Origin: an uncultured Gammaproteobacteria bacterium
GTDB taxonomy: Bacteria > Patescibacteriota > Patescibacteriia > Patescibacteriales > GWE2-39-37
Direction: 5' to 3'
Length of the DNA stretch: 64,000 nt
NCBI GenBank assembly: GCA_964443495.1
Contig: CAYUCS010000001.1
Coordinates: 405,496 to 469,495, forward strand
Shown here: piece after piece, positions 8,105 to 15,441 of the stretch
Layout of the letters: every line of letters starts with the position of its first letter
How positions within the stretch are numbered: the stretch's first letter is position 1
Notes under the pieces: generated by a model
The model's database searches: none
Told to the model about the DNA's origin: nothing
The model's input: the letters and a program-made list of their open reading frames with translations, nothing else
Position numbers and translations under genes: made by a program

Positions 8105-8489
8105 GTGAGAATTCTTTGATTTTCTTGGCTAACTGCTCGAAAACCTTGACGCTGTCGCCGCCGGCCGGCAGTCCGAAGATGGTAACTTTGTCGAGCAGCC
8201 CGATCTTGGAAAGGAGTTTCAGGTTGAAGCCGAGATCGAGGTCGTGCAGCGAGTAGTTGGGTGAACGCTCGATCTTGTCGAGGTCAGTCAGGACGACGAC
8301 TTCTTCCGGGCCGACTACGGTATCGATCAATATCAGCTCGCCGTTTTCCGGCCGGAGATTCTCGTTCGGATCCTGCCAGATGAAGTCGAATTGCGGAAAC
8401 GCCAGCTTCAAGGACGGCTCGAGGATCAGCGGCAGATTATCTTCAGCTAGAAGAGGGTTGCCAAAAAGATAAATGGTTGTTTTTTTCAT
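8088..8489 (-). CDS. Hydrogenase maturation endopeptidase (HycI/HoxW-like)
   Basis: 133 aa. Motifs FGNPLLAEDNLPL (GNxxxxDD-like), IDTV and SLHDLDL match the metal-ligand pattern of [NiFe] maturation proteases. Convergent with the large-subunit gene. Confidence 0.6.
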   Translation of the reverse strand: MKKTTIYLFGNPLLAEDNLPLILEPSLKLAFPQFDFIWQDPNENLRPENGELILIDTVVGPEEVVVLTDLDKIERSPNYSLHDLDLGFNLKLLSKIGLLDKVTIFGLPAGGDSVKVFEQLAKKIKEFSQKRPG

Positions 8490-8537
8490 AAGATAGTTGA
8501 AGGCTTTTGTGCGGTCGGAGTGCGTGCTGCTTGACCA

Positions 8538-8570
8538 TAAAAAACAAGGGCACTACGGTGGTAGCGCCCT
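8538..8570 (-). terminator. Rho-independent terminator (minus strand) after the 8584-8931 gene
   Basis: The minus strand reads AGGGCGCTACCACCGTAGTGCCCT followed by TGTTTTTTA. Confidence 0.6.
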
Positions 8571-8583
8571 CTGGGTGAGGATG

Positions 8584-8931
8584 TCAGGCAGCGAGCGCCT
8601 CCTCTTGGAACTTGATGCCGGGAAGCCCAGCTAGGCGGTTAAGCTCAAGAATCCTGTCTCGAAGCTTCACCTTGTCGCCGAAGAAATCCTCGATAACTTC
8701 CGAAGGTTCGGTCGAGGACGAAAAGGCGATGGCGTTGGAAAGCGTTTCCTTGAAAGCGTAAAAGCGCAACAGCCAGTTGTGTTCAGGGCTAAATGTTCCG
8801 GAGTTTGGAATGAGCGTTCCGTCAGGTCTGATAGAGACATCGAACGGGTAGAAGATGTGGCCAAGGGGCTTTCGAACGATGATTCCTCGATATGGGGTGC
8901 CTGCTAACAGCAAAGTACTTATTCTGCACAT
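8584..8931 (-). CDS. Hypothetical protein
   Basis: 115-aa ORF preceded on the minus strand by a strong Shine-Dalgarno (GGAGGAGGTGA, 6 nt before the ATG) and followed by its own terminator. No recognised motif. Confidence 0.55.
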   Translation of the reverse strand: MCRISTLLLAGTPYRGIIVRKPLGHIFYPFDVSIRPDGTLIPNSGTFSPEHNWLLRFYAFKETLSNAIAFSSSTEPSEVIEDFFGDKVKLRDRILELNRLAGLPGIKFQEEALAA

Positions 8932-9002
8932 GGGTGGTCACCTCCTCCTGGTGGATTTTCGTTAATCTTAACACGCTCTTAATCATTTGCCAATAAAGTG
9001 CT

Positions 9003-9031
9003 TTGACGGAACCGGTTTTATCCCTTATTAT
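9003..9031 (+). promoter_or_regulatory. Candidate sigma70-type promoter for cca
   Basis: TTGACG (9003-9008), 17-nt spacer, TATTAT (9026-9031). Confidence 0.4.
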
Positions 9032-9065
9032 AAGGTAGAAGGCCAGGTGACTGGCTAATATTAGT

Positions 9066-10541
9066 TTGAATATGGAAATACCTGGATTCGTCAGACAGAC
9101 GATCGGAAAATTGGAACAAGGCGGTTTCGAGGCTTATATAGTGGGCGGTTGCGTGCGTGATTTGCTACTGGGCAAGATACCGAAAGATTGGGACATTACG
9201 ACCAACGCGCGACCGGAACAAGTCTTGAACATCTTTGCCGACGGCAAGTATGAGAATGATTTCGGCACAGTCCTTTTGCCGATCAAGGATGAGAACGGGG
9301 AGACCTTGGAAGTCCTTGAAATTACGACATATCGGAGCGAGCAGGGCTATTCTGACAGGCGTCATCCGGACGAGGTGAGGTTCGAGGACGAGGTTGATAA
9401 GGATCTGGCGCGCCGCGATTTCACCATCAACGCGATGGCTCTTAAAATTTCAAATGGGAGCAAGGGTGCGGATTCTGAAGATGCTTATGAAGTGGTTGAT
9501 CTTTTCGGCGGCCAGAAGGATCTTGGCAAGCGGATAATCCGCGCGGTCGGCGAACCGGGCGATCGTTTCAGGGAGGATGCTTTGCGGCTGATGCGCGCGG
9601 TGAGATTCTCCTGCCAGCTCGGCTTCGCTATCGAGCCTAAGACGGAACGGGCCATGATCAAGATGGCGGGCGGCTTGAAGTTCATCGCCAACGAACGCAT
9701 CCATGATGAGCTGGTCAAGATCCTGGACTCGGACAGGCCTTACGAAGGCATAATGAAGCTTCATGAATTGAAAATGCTGCAATACGTCATGCCCGAGTTG
9801 GAGCGCGGCGTCGGCGTAGCTCAGAACAAGCACCACACTCACACCGTCTTTACCCACTGCGTCCTTTCATTGAAATATTGTCCTAGCAAGGATTGGCGCG
9901 TTCGTTTGGCGACTTTGCTGCATGACGTGGCCAAGCCGCAGACCAAGGCCATGAAGGACGGCGACGCCACTTTTTACAATCATGACTTCATCGGCGCCAA
10001 GGTGGTCAAGAAGATGATGTCCAGGTTGAAGTTTTCTAACGAAGATATCGAGAAAGTGACCAACCTGGTCAAGAATCACATGTTTTATTACAACGTCGAT
10101 GAGGTGACTGCAGCCGCGGTGCGCCGCTTGATCGTCAAGGTCGGCAAAGAGAACCTCAAGGATCTGATCGACCTGCGCATTGGCGATCGGCTCGGCTCCG
10201 GCGTTGCCAAAGCCAAGCCGTACAAGCTGCGGCACCTCGAGTATATGATCGAGAAAGTCAGCAATGATCCGATCTCTGTCAAGATGCTGAAGATTGACGG
10301 CAATGACCTGATGAACGACCTTGGCATCCCGCCTGGACCGAAAATCGGAGCGATTCTCGACACCCTGCTTTCAGAAGTCATCGAAGAGCCTGATCTTAAT
10401 ACCAAGGAATATCTGTCGTCGCGCAGCCATGAGTTATCGAAGCTTGATCTGGCTGAATTGCGCGAACGGGCCAAGGAAAAGATCGAAGAGAAGAAAATGG
10501 AAGACGATCAGGAGCTGAAAAAAGGATTCTGGGTCAAATAA
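9066..10541 (+). CDS. cca: CCA-adding tRNA nucleotidyltransferase with HD domain
   Basis: GGCVRDLLLG and DWDITT (class II nucleotidyltransferase head), RDFTINA, and an HD-domain LLHDVAKP. The start may instead be the ATG at 9072. Confidence 0.85.
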   Translation: MNMEIPGFVRQTIGKLEQGGFEAYIVGGCVRDLLLGKIPKDWDITTNARPEQVLNIFADGKYENDFGTVLLPIKDENGETLEVLEITTYRSEQGYSDRRHPDEVRFEDEVDKDLARRDFTINAMALKISNGSKGADSEDAYEVVDLFGGQKDLGKRIIRAVGEPGDRFREDALRLMRAVRFSCQLGFAIEPKTERAMIKMAGGLKFIANERIHDELVKILDSDRPYEGIMKLHELKMLQYVMPELERGVGVAQNKHHTHTVFTHCVLSLKYCPSKDWRVRLATLLHDVAKPQTKAMKDGDATFYNHDFIGAKVVKKMMSRLKFSNEDIEKVTNLVKNHMFYYNVDEVTAAAVRRLIVKVGKENLKDLIDLRIGDRLGSGVAKAKPYKLRHLEYMIEKVSNDPISVKMLKIDGNDLMNDLGIPPGPKIGAILDTLLSEVIEEPDLNTKEYLSSRSHELSKLDLAELRERAKEKIEEKKMEDDQELKKGFWVK

Positions 10542-10551
10542 CGATAATCAT

Positions 10552-11328
10552 ATGACAAAGAACATCAAGATTCTCGAACGCATCTATTTCGGCCTTCTGG
10601 TAATCATCTTGCTGTTGATTGTCTTTAATAGTTATTTCATCACCCATTCCTTTTCTCGTGAAACGATGACGAGCATCGTGCTGTCGCTCGGGCTATTCGC
10701 GGCCGCATATATCGTCTATAGCCTGTATCGCCGGGAAGTGTCCAAGAATCTTGAGGAGCTGGAGGTGCTTAAGATGGATAAGCTTGGCCTGGAAGAGAAG
10801 ATTGCCGAAGCCTTCCAATATATCGGGCAGCTGAATGTGCAGATCGAAGAAATCCGCTCGGTCTTCAGCGAGGTCAAGAAGTATCCAGAAAGCAAGAGCG
10901 AGTTGAAATATATCCTGGATTGGCTGGCGGATAAAGTCTTGGCCACTACGGATATACCTTGGATCTGCTTCAAGGTGGTGGAGCCGGCTGTTTCCAAGCT
11001 GTTGGCTGAGCACTGCAAGGTCAGGGGCAACAACCAGGGCCAATCTGCGCTGCGCCATGATGTCAATGTGCGCCAGCTGATTGACGGCACTTTGCCGGAG
11101 GGTTATACTTGTTTTGATTCCGGTCATGCGAATCTTGATTTCCGGGTGTACTGCGTGATGCCGAAACAGGAGCTGTCCAAAGAACAGCGGATGTTCATTA
11201 AGGCGATCATGAACCAGTTGGAAATGTTCTATCTGATTTTTACCAGCCTTACCCTTAACAAAAATCAGATTAACAAGCATGACGGCGGGCGAGCTGTCAG
11301 TCCTTCGCAGGAGCAAGAAGAGTCTTAG
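10552..11328 (+). CDS. Hypothetical membrane-anchored protein (two N-terminal TM helices, coiled coil)
   Basis: 258-aa ORF with normal coding composition. No recognised motif. Confidence 0.5.
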   Translation: MTKNIKILERIYFGLLVIILLLIVFNSYFITHSFSRETMTSIVLSLGLFAAAYIVYSLYRREVSKNLEELEVLKMDKLGLEEKIAEAFQYIGQLNVQIEEIRSVFSEVKKYPESKSELKYILDWLADKVLATTDIPWICFKVVEPAVSKLLAEHCKVRGNNQGQSALRHDVNVRQLIDGTLPEGYTCFDSGHANLDFRVYCVMPKQELSKEQRMFIKAIMNQLEMFYLIFTSLTLNKNQINKHDGGRAVSPSQEQEES

Positions 11329-11354
11329 TCCATATTAACTAAATAATATATAAT

Positions 11355-12044
11355 ATGCGGAAAATTTTTCCACTGTTAGTTTTGGCGCTGCTGGCAACTG
11401 CCGGTTGCAGTGCCGCCGATACTGCCACGACGCAGACCGACAACTATTATGCTGCCGATTCGGCGCCAGCCAAAGGCGCGGACACATCAAGCGATTCGCA
11501 AGAAATAATTAATGATACAACTATGGTTATCGATCGGACAAAATTTGAAGATCTGGCGAAAGAGTACAAGTATGCCGTACTCAAGACCAATCTGGGCGAC
11601 ATCGAAGTCGAGTTTTACGGCTCGGACTCGCCGAAGACCGTCAATAATTTCCTGAATCTGGCCAAGCTCGGCTTCTACGACGGCACCAAATTCCACCGCG
11701 TCATCAAGGATTTCATGATCCAGGGCGGCGATCCCAACTCCAAGTCGAGCGACTGGTCCACTCATGGAACCGGCGGACCTGATTACCGTTTCGAAGACGA
11801 GTTCAATAAGCATCCGCTGGTCCGCGGCAGCCTGGCTATGGCCAATGCCGGACCGAACACTAACGGCTCGCAATTCTTTATCGTGACCGCCCCCGCGACC
11901 TCCTGGTTGGATGGTAAGCACACTAATTTCGGCAAGATAACGAAAGGCATGGATGTCGTTGATAAGGTTGAGGGAGTCGAGACCAATCAGAACGATCATC
12001 CGCTGAGCGATGTCGTGATTGAAAAGATCGAACTGAAGAAATAA
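11355..12044 (+). CDS. Peptidyl-prolyl cis-trans isomerase, cyclophilin type, lipoprotein
   Basis: Lipobox LLATAGC. Cyclophilin motifs FHRVIKDFMIQGGDP and GSLAMANAGPNTNGSQFFI. Confidence 0.9.
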   Translation: MRKIFPLLVLALLATAGCSAADTATTQTDNYYAADSAPAKGADTSSDSQEIINDTTMVIDRTKFEDLAKEYKYAVLKTNLGDIEVEFYGSDSPKTVNNFLNLAKLGFYDGTKFHRVIKDFMIQGGDPNSKSSDWSTHGTGGPDYRFEDEFNKHPLVRGSLAMANAGPNTNGSQFFIVTAPATSWLDGKHTNFGKITKGMDVVDKVEGVETNQNDHPLSDVVIEKIELKK

Positions 12045-12061
12045 GCTTCGAGATAAAAAGA

Positions 12062-12094
12062 GCGGCCAGCCTCGTGATGAGGCTGGCCGTTTTG
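12062..12094. terminator. Bidirectional rho-independent terminator between convergent genes
   Basis: CGGCCAGCCTC-GTGAT-GAGGCTGGCCG followed by TTTTG and preceded by an A-run. Confidence 0.7.
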
Positions 12095-12096
12095 CG

Positions 12097-12444
12097 TTAG
12101 CGGCGAGGATCCATTATCCGCCGGTAGCTTCTTTCCATGAAGAAGAGCGCGGTCAACGCTGAGGGCAGTCCGTTTAGGAACCAACTGCTTGATTGTTCGG
12201 TCGTGATGTACTGGAGCACTTCCAGCTTTATGACAACCAAGGCGTTGATGATACCGAAGCAGGCGAAGCAAGCCACCATGCTCAAGAGCATACAGAAAAA
12301 AATTATCTTTTTCTTTTTCTTTGTCGCTCGGACAAGGCCGACGATCATGAACCTGACCGTCGCCGAGGCCATGAACCATCCGCCGAAAAAGGGCACTACT
12401 ATCAGTTTAAAGAACATCCACTTCGTCATTATCAGGTCGTTCAT
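12097..12444 (-). CDS. Hypothetical small membrane protein
   Basis: The minus-strand ORF is preferred over two overlapping plus-strand ORFs because AAGGAGGGG lies just upstream of the ATG at 12444 (MNDLIMTKW...). Hydrophobic segments plus a lysine-rich loop. Confidence 0.5.
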   Translation of the reverse strand: MNDLIMTKWMFFKLIVVPFFGGWFMASATVRFMIVGLVRATKKKKKIIFFCMLLSMVACFACFGIINALVVIKLEVLQYITTEQSSSWFLNGLPSALTALFFMERSYRRIMDPRR

Positions 12445-12608
12445 ATCCCCTCCTTGCTTGCTCGATTTCAATTGATGTGGTTGCTAGGATTAGCTATATT
12501 ATATTATTGCGAATTTGTCAAGGTATTTAATAATTTTTTTGCTAATATTAAATATATAATATTTATCCACTATTGCCTTAAAATCGATTAGGCTATAGAA
12601 TGTAAACC

Positions 12609-12953
12609 ATGGGAATAATTTTGAAATGGCTGACGCTGACAGCTTCCATAATGATTTCAGCTTACCTGATTCCGGGCGTGGTAATTGCCGGATTGTGGTC
12701 AGCTTTGATTCTGGCCGCAGTTTTGGGCTTGATCAATGTCCTGCTTAAGCCGATTTTGGTGGTCATTACTTTGCCGATCAATATTCTCACTCTGGGCCTG
12801 TTCACATTCGTGATCAATGCCTTGCTGATCCTCTTGGCGGGAACGATCGTCAAGGGCTTCGATGTCGGCGGATTCCTGAACGCCTTATTGTTCGGCATCT
12901 TGCTGTCAGTGGTGAACTTTATTCTCAGCAAGATTCTTGACCCTCTGAAATAA
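12609..12953 (+). CDS. Phage-holin-family-IV / DUF360-type small membrane protein
   Basis: 114 aa with 4 TM segments. LINVLLKPILVVITLPINILTLGLFTFVINALLI is typical of this family. Confidence 0.6.
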   Translation: MGIILKWLTLTASIMISAYLIPGVVIAGLWSALILAAVLGLINVLLKPILVVITLPINILTLGLFTFVINALLILLAGTIVKGFDVGGFLNALLFGILLSVVNFILSKILDPLK

Positions 12954-12959
12954 TTACCA

Positions 12960-13037
12960 CGGGCTGTGGTATAGTGGTATTACCTGCCTGCCGGCAGGCA
13001 GGCGCACGCGCGTGCGTTTCGATGGCGAGGGCCAGCA
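12960..13037 (+). pseudogene. Decayed tRNA-Pro copy: intact 5' half, 20-bp palindrome inserted, anticodon loop missing
   Basis: 12955-12983 is identical to 13061-13089, which covers the tRNA-Pro acceptor and D arm. After the palindrome comes GCACGCGCGTGCG (anticodon-stem halves with no loop) and a TTCGAT T-loop remnant. There is no matching 3' acceptor strand. Confidence 0.5.
12983..13002. repeat. Perfect 20-bp palindrome CCTGCCTGCCGGCAGGCAGG (copy 1)
   Basis: Exact self-complementary 20-mer, also present at 17782-17801. Immediately followed by a second perfect palindrome, CGCACGCGCGTGCG (13003-13016). Confidence 0.9.
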
Positions 13038-13065
13038 AATAGAAAAAGAAAATCAAAATCTACCA

Positions 13066-13136
13066 CGGGCTGTGGTATAGTGGTATTACGCACGCTTCGG
13101 GTGCGTGTAATCGCGGTTCGATTCCGCGCAGCCCGA
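13066..13136 (+). tRNA. tRNA-Pro (anticodon CGG)
   Basis: Manual cloverleaf: acceptor CGGGCTG/CAGCCCG, anticodon stem CACGC/GCGTG with loop TTCGGGT, T arm CGCGG-TTCGATT-CCGCG. No encoded CCA. Confidence 0.8.
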
Positions 13137-13137
13137 C

Positions 13138-14355
13138 ATGATAAGAAGATTTTGCGCGATAATATTTTTTTCGTCCAGCTTGATAGCGCCGCTTGCCGCG
13201 AGTGCCGATAGTTTGGCAACGCGTCTTTCGGGACGCATTCTCATCAATGTGCAAGGCAAGGGCGAGGCCTGGTATGTCAACCCGGCTGATTCGAAGCGCC
13301 ATTACCTTGGACGTCCGACCGACGCATTCAACGTCATGCGCCGTCTTGGCGTCGGTATCGCGGAAAATAATTTTCAGCAGATAGCGCAGGAGGGCATGCC
13401 GGTCGAGGGCAATAAAGAGCTTGCCAGGTCGCTTGCGGGCAAGATCGTTCTCCAAGTCGAACGCAACGGCGAGGCCTGGTACATCAATCCGGTCGATCTG
13501 AAGCGATATTATCTGGGTCGCCCGACTGACGCTTACGGCGTTATGCGGAAGCTGGGTTTGGGGGTCAGGCTCAAGGATCTCGCCTCCATACATAAGCAGG
13601 GCGCGAGCGAAGCGATCGACCGTTATTCGAACTATGAGCACAGGTCGGTCGCCTCCAAGAACGGCACCTTCCAGGCCGATATCGTTACGATCGACCTGGC
13701 GAACCCCGATTTGCGCATAGTTACGGACACCGCCGACAACTACAATTGCAAGACCGGTTGCAAGGCTAAGCCGCTCCTGGGATATGTCGAGAAACACCCG
13801 ACCGCCTTCGCTGCGGTCAATGGTACGTATTTCGACACGAGCGCCGAGAAGAAGAATTATTATTTTTTTCCGGTCTATAATACCGGTGAAGGAGTACTGA
13901 TCAATGATGATCAGCTGAAGTGGTGGACGACCGGACCGATGATGGCTTTCGATCAGAATAACAAGTTCTATTATTTCAAGGATAGCCGTGATTTCAAGAG
14001 CGTCGAATCGTTCGAATCGGCGTATGGCGTCAAGCTGCAGGCCGCCATCGGCAACAAGCCGCGCTTGATTGAGAATAAGATGAACGTCTTGATCGACTGG
14101 GAGGTTGATGCCAAGCAGCGTAATGGCCGCTCGACCAAGGGCGCGCTCGGCTACAAGGAAGGAAAGCTGTATGTGGTCAACGCTTATAAAGCTACGGTGC
14201 CGGATCTGGCCTGCGTCTTGCAGGCCTTGGGTATGGAGTATGCCATCAATCTTGACGGCGGCTATTCGACGGCACTGTTCTATAATGATGAGTTGATGGC
14301 CGGCCCGGGCCGTGACATTCCCAACGCGATCATATTTAAAACTAAGGATAAATGA
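13138..14355 (+). CDS. Secreted phosphodiester glycosidase-family (DUF2233/NAGPA-like) protein with two N-terminal ~55-aa repeats
   Basis: Signal peptide present. The C-terminal INLDGGYSTAL motif is typical of the family. The repeats are GEAWYVNPADSKRHYLGRPTDAFNVMRRLGVG and GEAWYINPVDLKRYYLGRPTDAYGVMRKLGLG. Confidence 0.55.
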   Translation: MIRRFCAIIFFSSSLIAPLAASADSLATRLSGRILINVQGKGEAWYVNPADSKRHYLGRPTDAFNVMRRLGVGIAENNFQQIAQEGMPVEGNKELARSLAGKIVLQVERNGEAWYINPVDLKRYYLGRPTDAYGVMRKLGLGVRLKDLASIHKQGASEAIDRYSNYEHRSVASKNGTFQADIVTIDLANPDLRIVTDTADNYNCKTGCKAKPLLGYVEKHPTAFAAVNGTYFDTSAEKKNYYFFPVYNTGEGVLINDDQLKWWTTGPMMAFDQNNKFYYFKDSRDFKSVESFESAYGVKLQAAIGNKPRLIENKMNVLIDWEVDAKQRNGRSTKGALGYKEGKLYVVNAYKATVPDLACVLQALGMEYAINLDGGYSTALFYNDELMAGPGRDIPNAIIFKTKDK

Positions 14356-14356
14356 A

Positions 14357-14647
14357 ATGTTTACCGAATTAGCCAAGGAGTTCAATGAGAAAGGGGAAGT
14401 CTATCTCCGTCTGAAAGTGCGGCCTGGCGCCCAGGCCACGGAGGCCCGTGGAGTGTTGGCTGGTGAAGATGGGGATACGATAAAGGTCGATGTTGCGGCC
14501 GCACCGGAGCAGGGCAAGGCTAATCTGGAATTGATCCGCTACTTGTCAGACTGGTTCGATGTCCGCAAGGAACAGGTCAAGGTCATCAGCGGGGCGGGGG
14601 ATAAATTAAAACTTGTTAAGATCTCAAAAGATCAAGTCAAAGGCTAA
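14357..14647 (+). CDS. DUF167 (YggU-like) protein
   Basis: LRLKVRPGA...KVDVAAAPEQGKANLELIRYLSDWF...VKVISGAGDKLKLVKI. Start taken at the ATG at 14357 to avoid overlap with the upstream gene. Confidence 0.7.
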   Translation: MFTELAKEFNEKGEVYLRLKVRPGAQATEARGVLAGEDGDTIKVDVAAAPEQGKANLELIRYLSDWFDVRKEQVKVISGAGDKLKLVKISKDQVKG

Positions 14648-14706
14648 ACTTGAATTACCAGGGCGATTAAATTTAAAATCAAAATCTAGTCTCTAGTTTC
14701 ATATAT

Positions 14707-15441
14707 ATGTTAGATTCTAAAAAAAATACGCAAAAAGTACCCGAACATGTCGCCATTATCATCGATGGCAACCGTCGTTGGGCCAAAGAACGGAACTTGC
14801 CGAGCTTCGAGGGGCACTACAAGGGCTATAAGAAAATGCAGGAAGCGCCCCAATGGTTTTTCAGCCGGGGCGTCAAGGTGCTGTCCATCTACGCCTTTTC
14901 GACCGAGAACTGGAATCGGGCAGCCGATGAGGTGAACTACCTGATGAAGCTCCTGAAGCAGGCCATCGAGGAGGAAATCGGCCTGGCCAACGAGCAAGGC
15001 TTCCGGATCGTCTTGTCCGGGCGCATCGCTGAGCTGCCAGGCGACCTGCCCGAGGCATGCCAAGAAGCGATGTCCAAGACCCAGGGCAACCGCAACGGAA
15101 CATTGAACATCTGTTTGAATTACGGCGGACGCCCGGAAATCATCGATGCTATCAAGAAGATGGTGCAGAACGGGGTGACTGAGGAACAGGTGCATGAAGG
15201 CATGCTCAAGAAATATTTCTACCAGCCGGACTTGCCTGATCCGGACATGATCGTCCGGACCTCGGGCGAGCAGCGCTTGTCCGGCTTCCTTTTGTGGCAG
15301 TCGGCCTACAGCGAGCTCGTCTTCCTTAAGAAATTTTGGCCGGATTTCGAGGAGCAGGACGCGGTCGGTTTGATAGAGGAATATAATAAGCGCGAACGTC
15401 GGTTCGGAGGCGACAGTACGCCAACGGCTACCAATGCCTGA
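14707..15441 (+). CDS. uppS: Undecaprenyl-diphosphate synthase (cis-isoprenyl transferase)
   Basis: HVAIIIDGNRRWA, FSTENWNR and RTSGEQRLSGFLLWQSAYSEL. Confidence 0.95.
   Translation: MLDSKKNTQKVPEHVAIIIDGNRRWAKERNLPSFEGHYKGYKKMQEAPQWFFSRGVKVLSIYAFSTENWNRAADEVNYLMKLLKQAIEEEIGLANEQGFRIVLSGRIAELPGDLPEACQEAMSKTQGNRNGTLNICLNYGGRPEIIDAIKKMVQNGVTEEQVHEGMLKKYFYQPDLPDPDMIVRTSGEQRLSGFLLWQSAYSELVFLKKFWPDFEEQDAVGLIEEYNKRERRFGGDSTPTATNA

Noticed and set aside
12137-12591. Plus-strand ORFs 12137-12475 and 12193-12591.
   Set aside because: They overlap a minus-strand ORF that has a strong AAGGAGGGG ribosome-binding site, a hydrophobic membrane-protein-like translation and a matching terminator. The plus-strand translations lack any start context and run into AT-rich promoter DNA.
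12983-13016. Whether the two palindromes after the upstream tRNA fragment form an unusual anticodon arm or intron of a functional tRNA.
   Set aside because: Possible loops are 6 or 8 nt rather than 7. The 14-bp palindrome leaves no loop at all, and no 3' acceptor strand complementary to CGGGCTG follows. A functional tRNA is therefore not supported.
13049-13062. The 14-bp match AAAATCAAAATCTA, shared by 13049-13062 (upstream of tRNA-Pro) and 14675-14688 (upstream of uppS).
   Set aside because: Several exact 14-mer coincidences are expected by chance among all position pairs in 64 kb, and more in AT-rich low-complexity intergenic DNA. There is no additional shared context.
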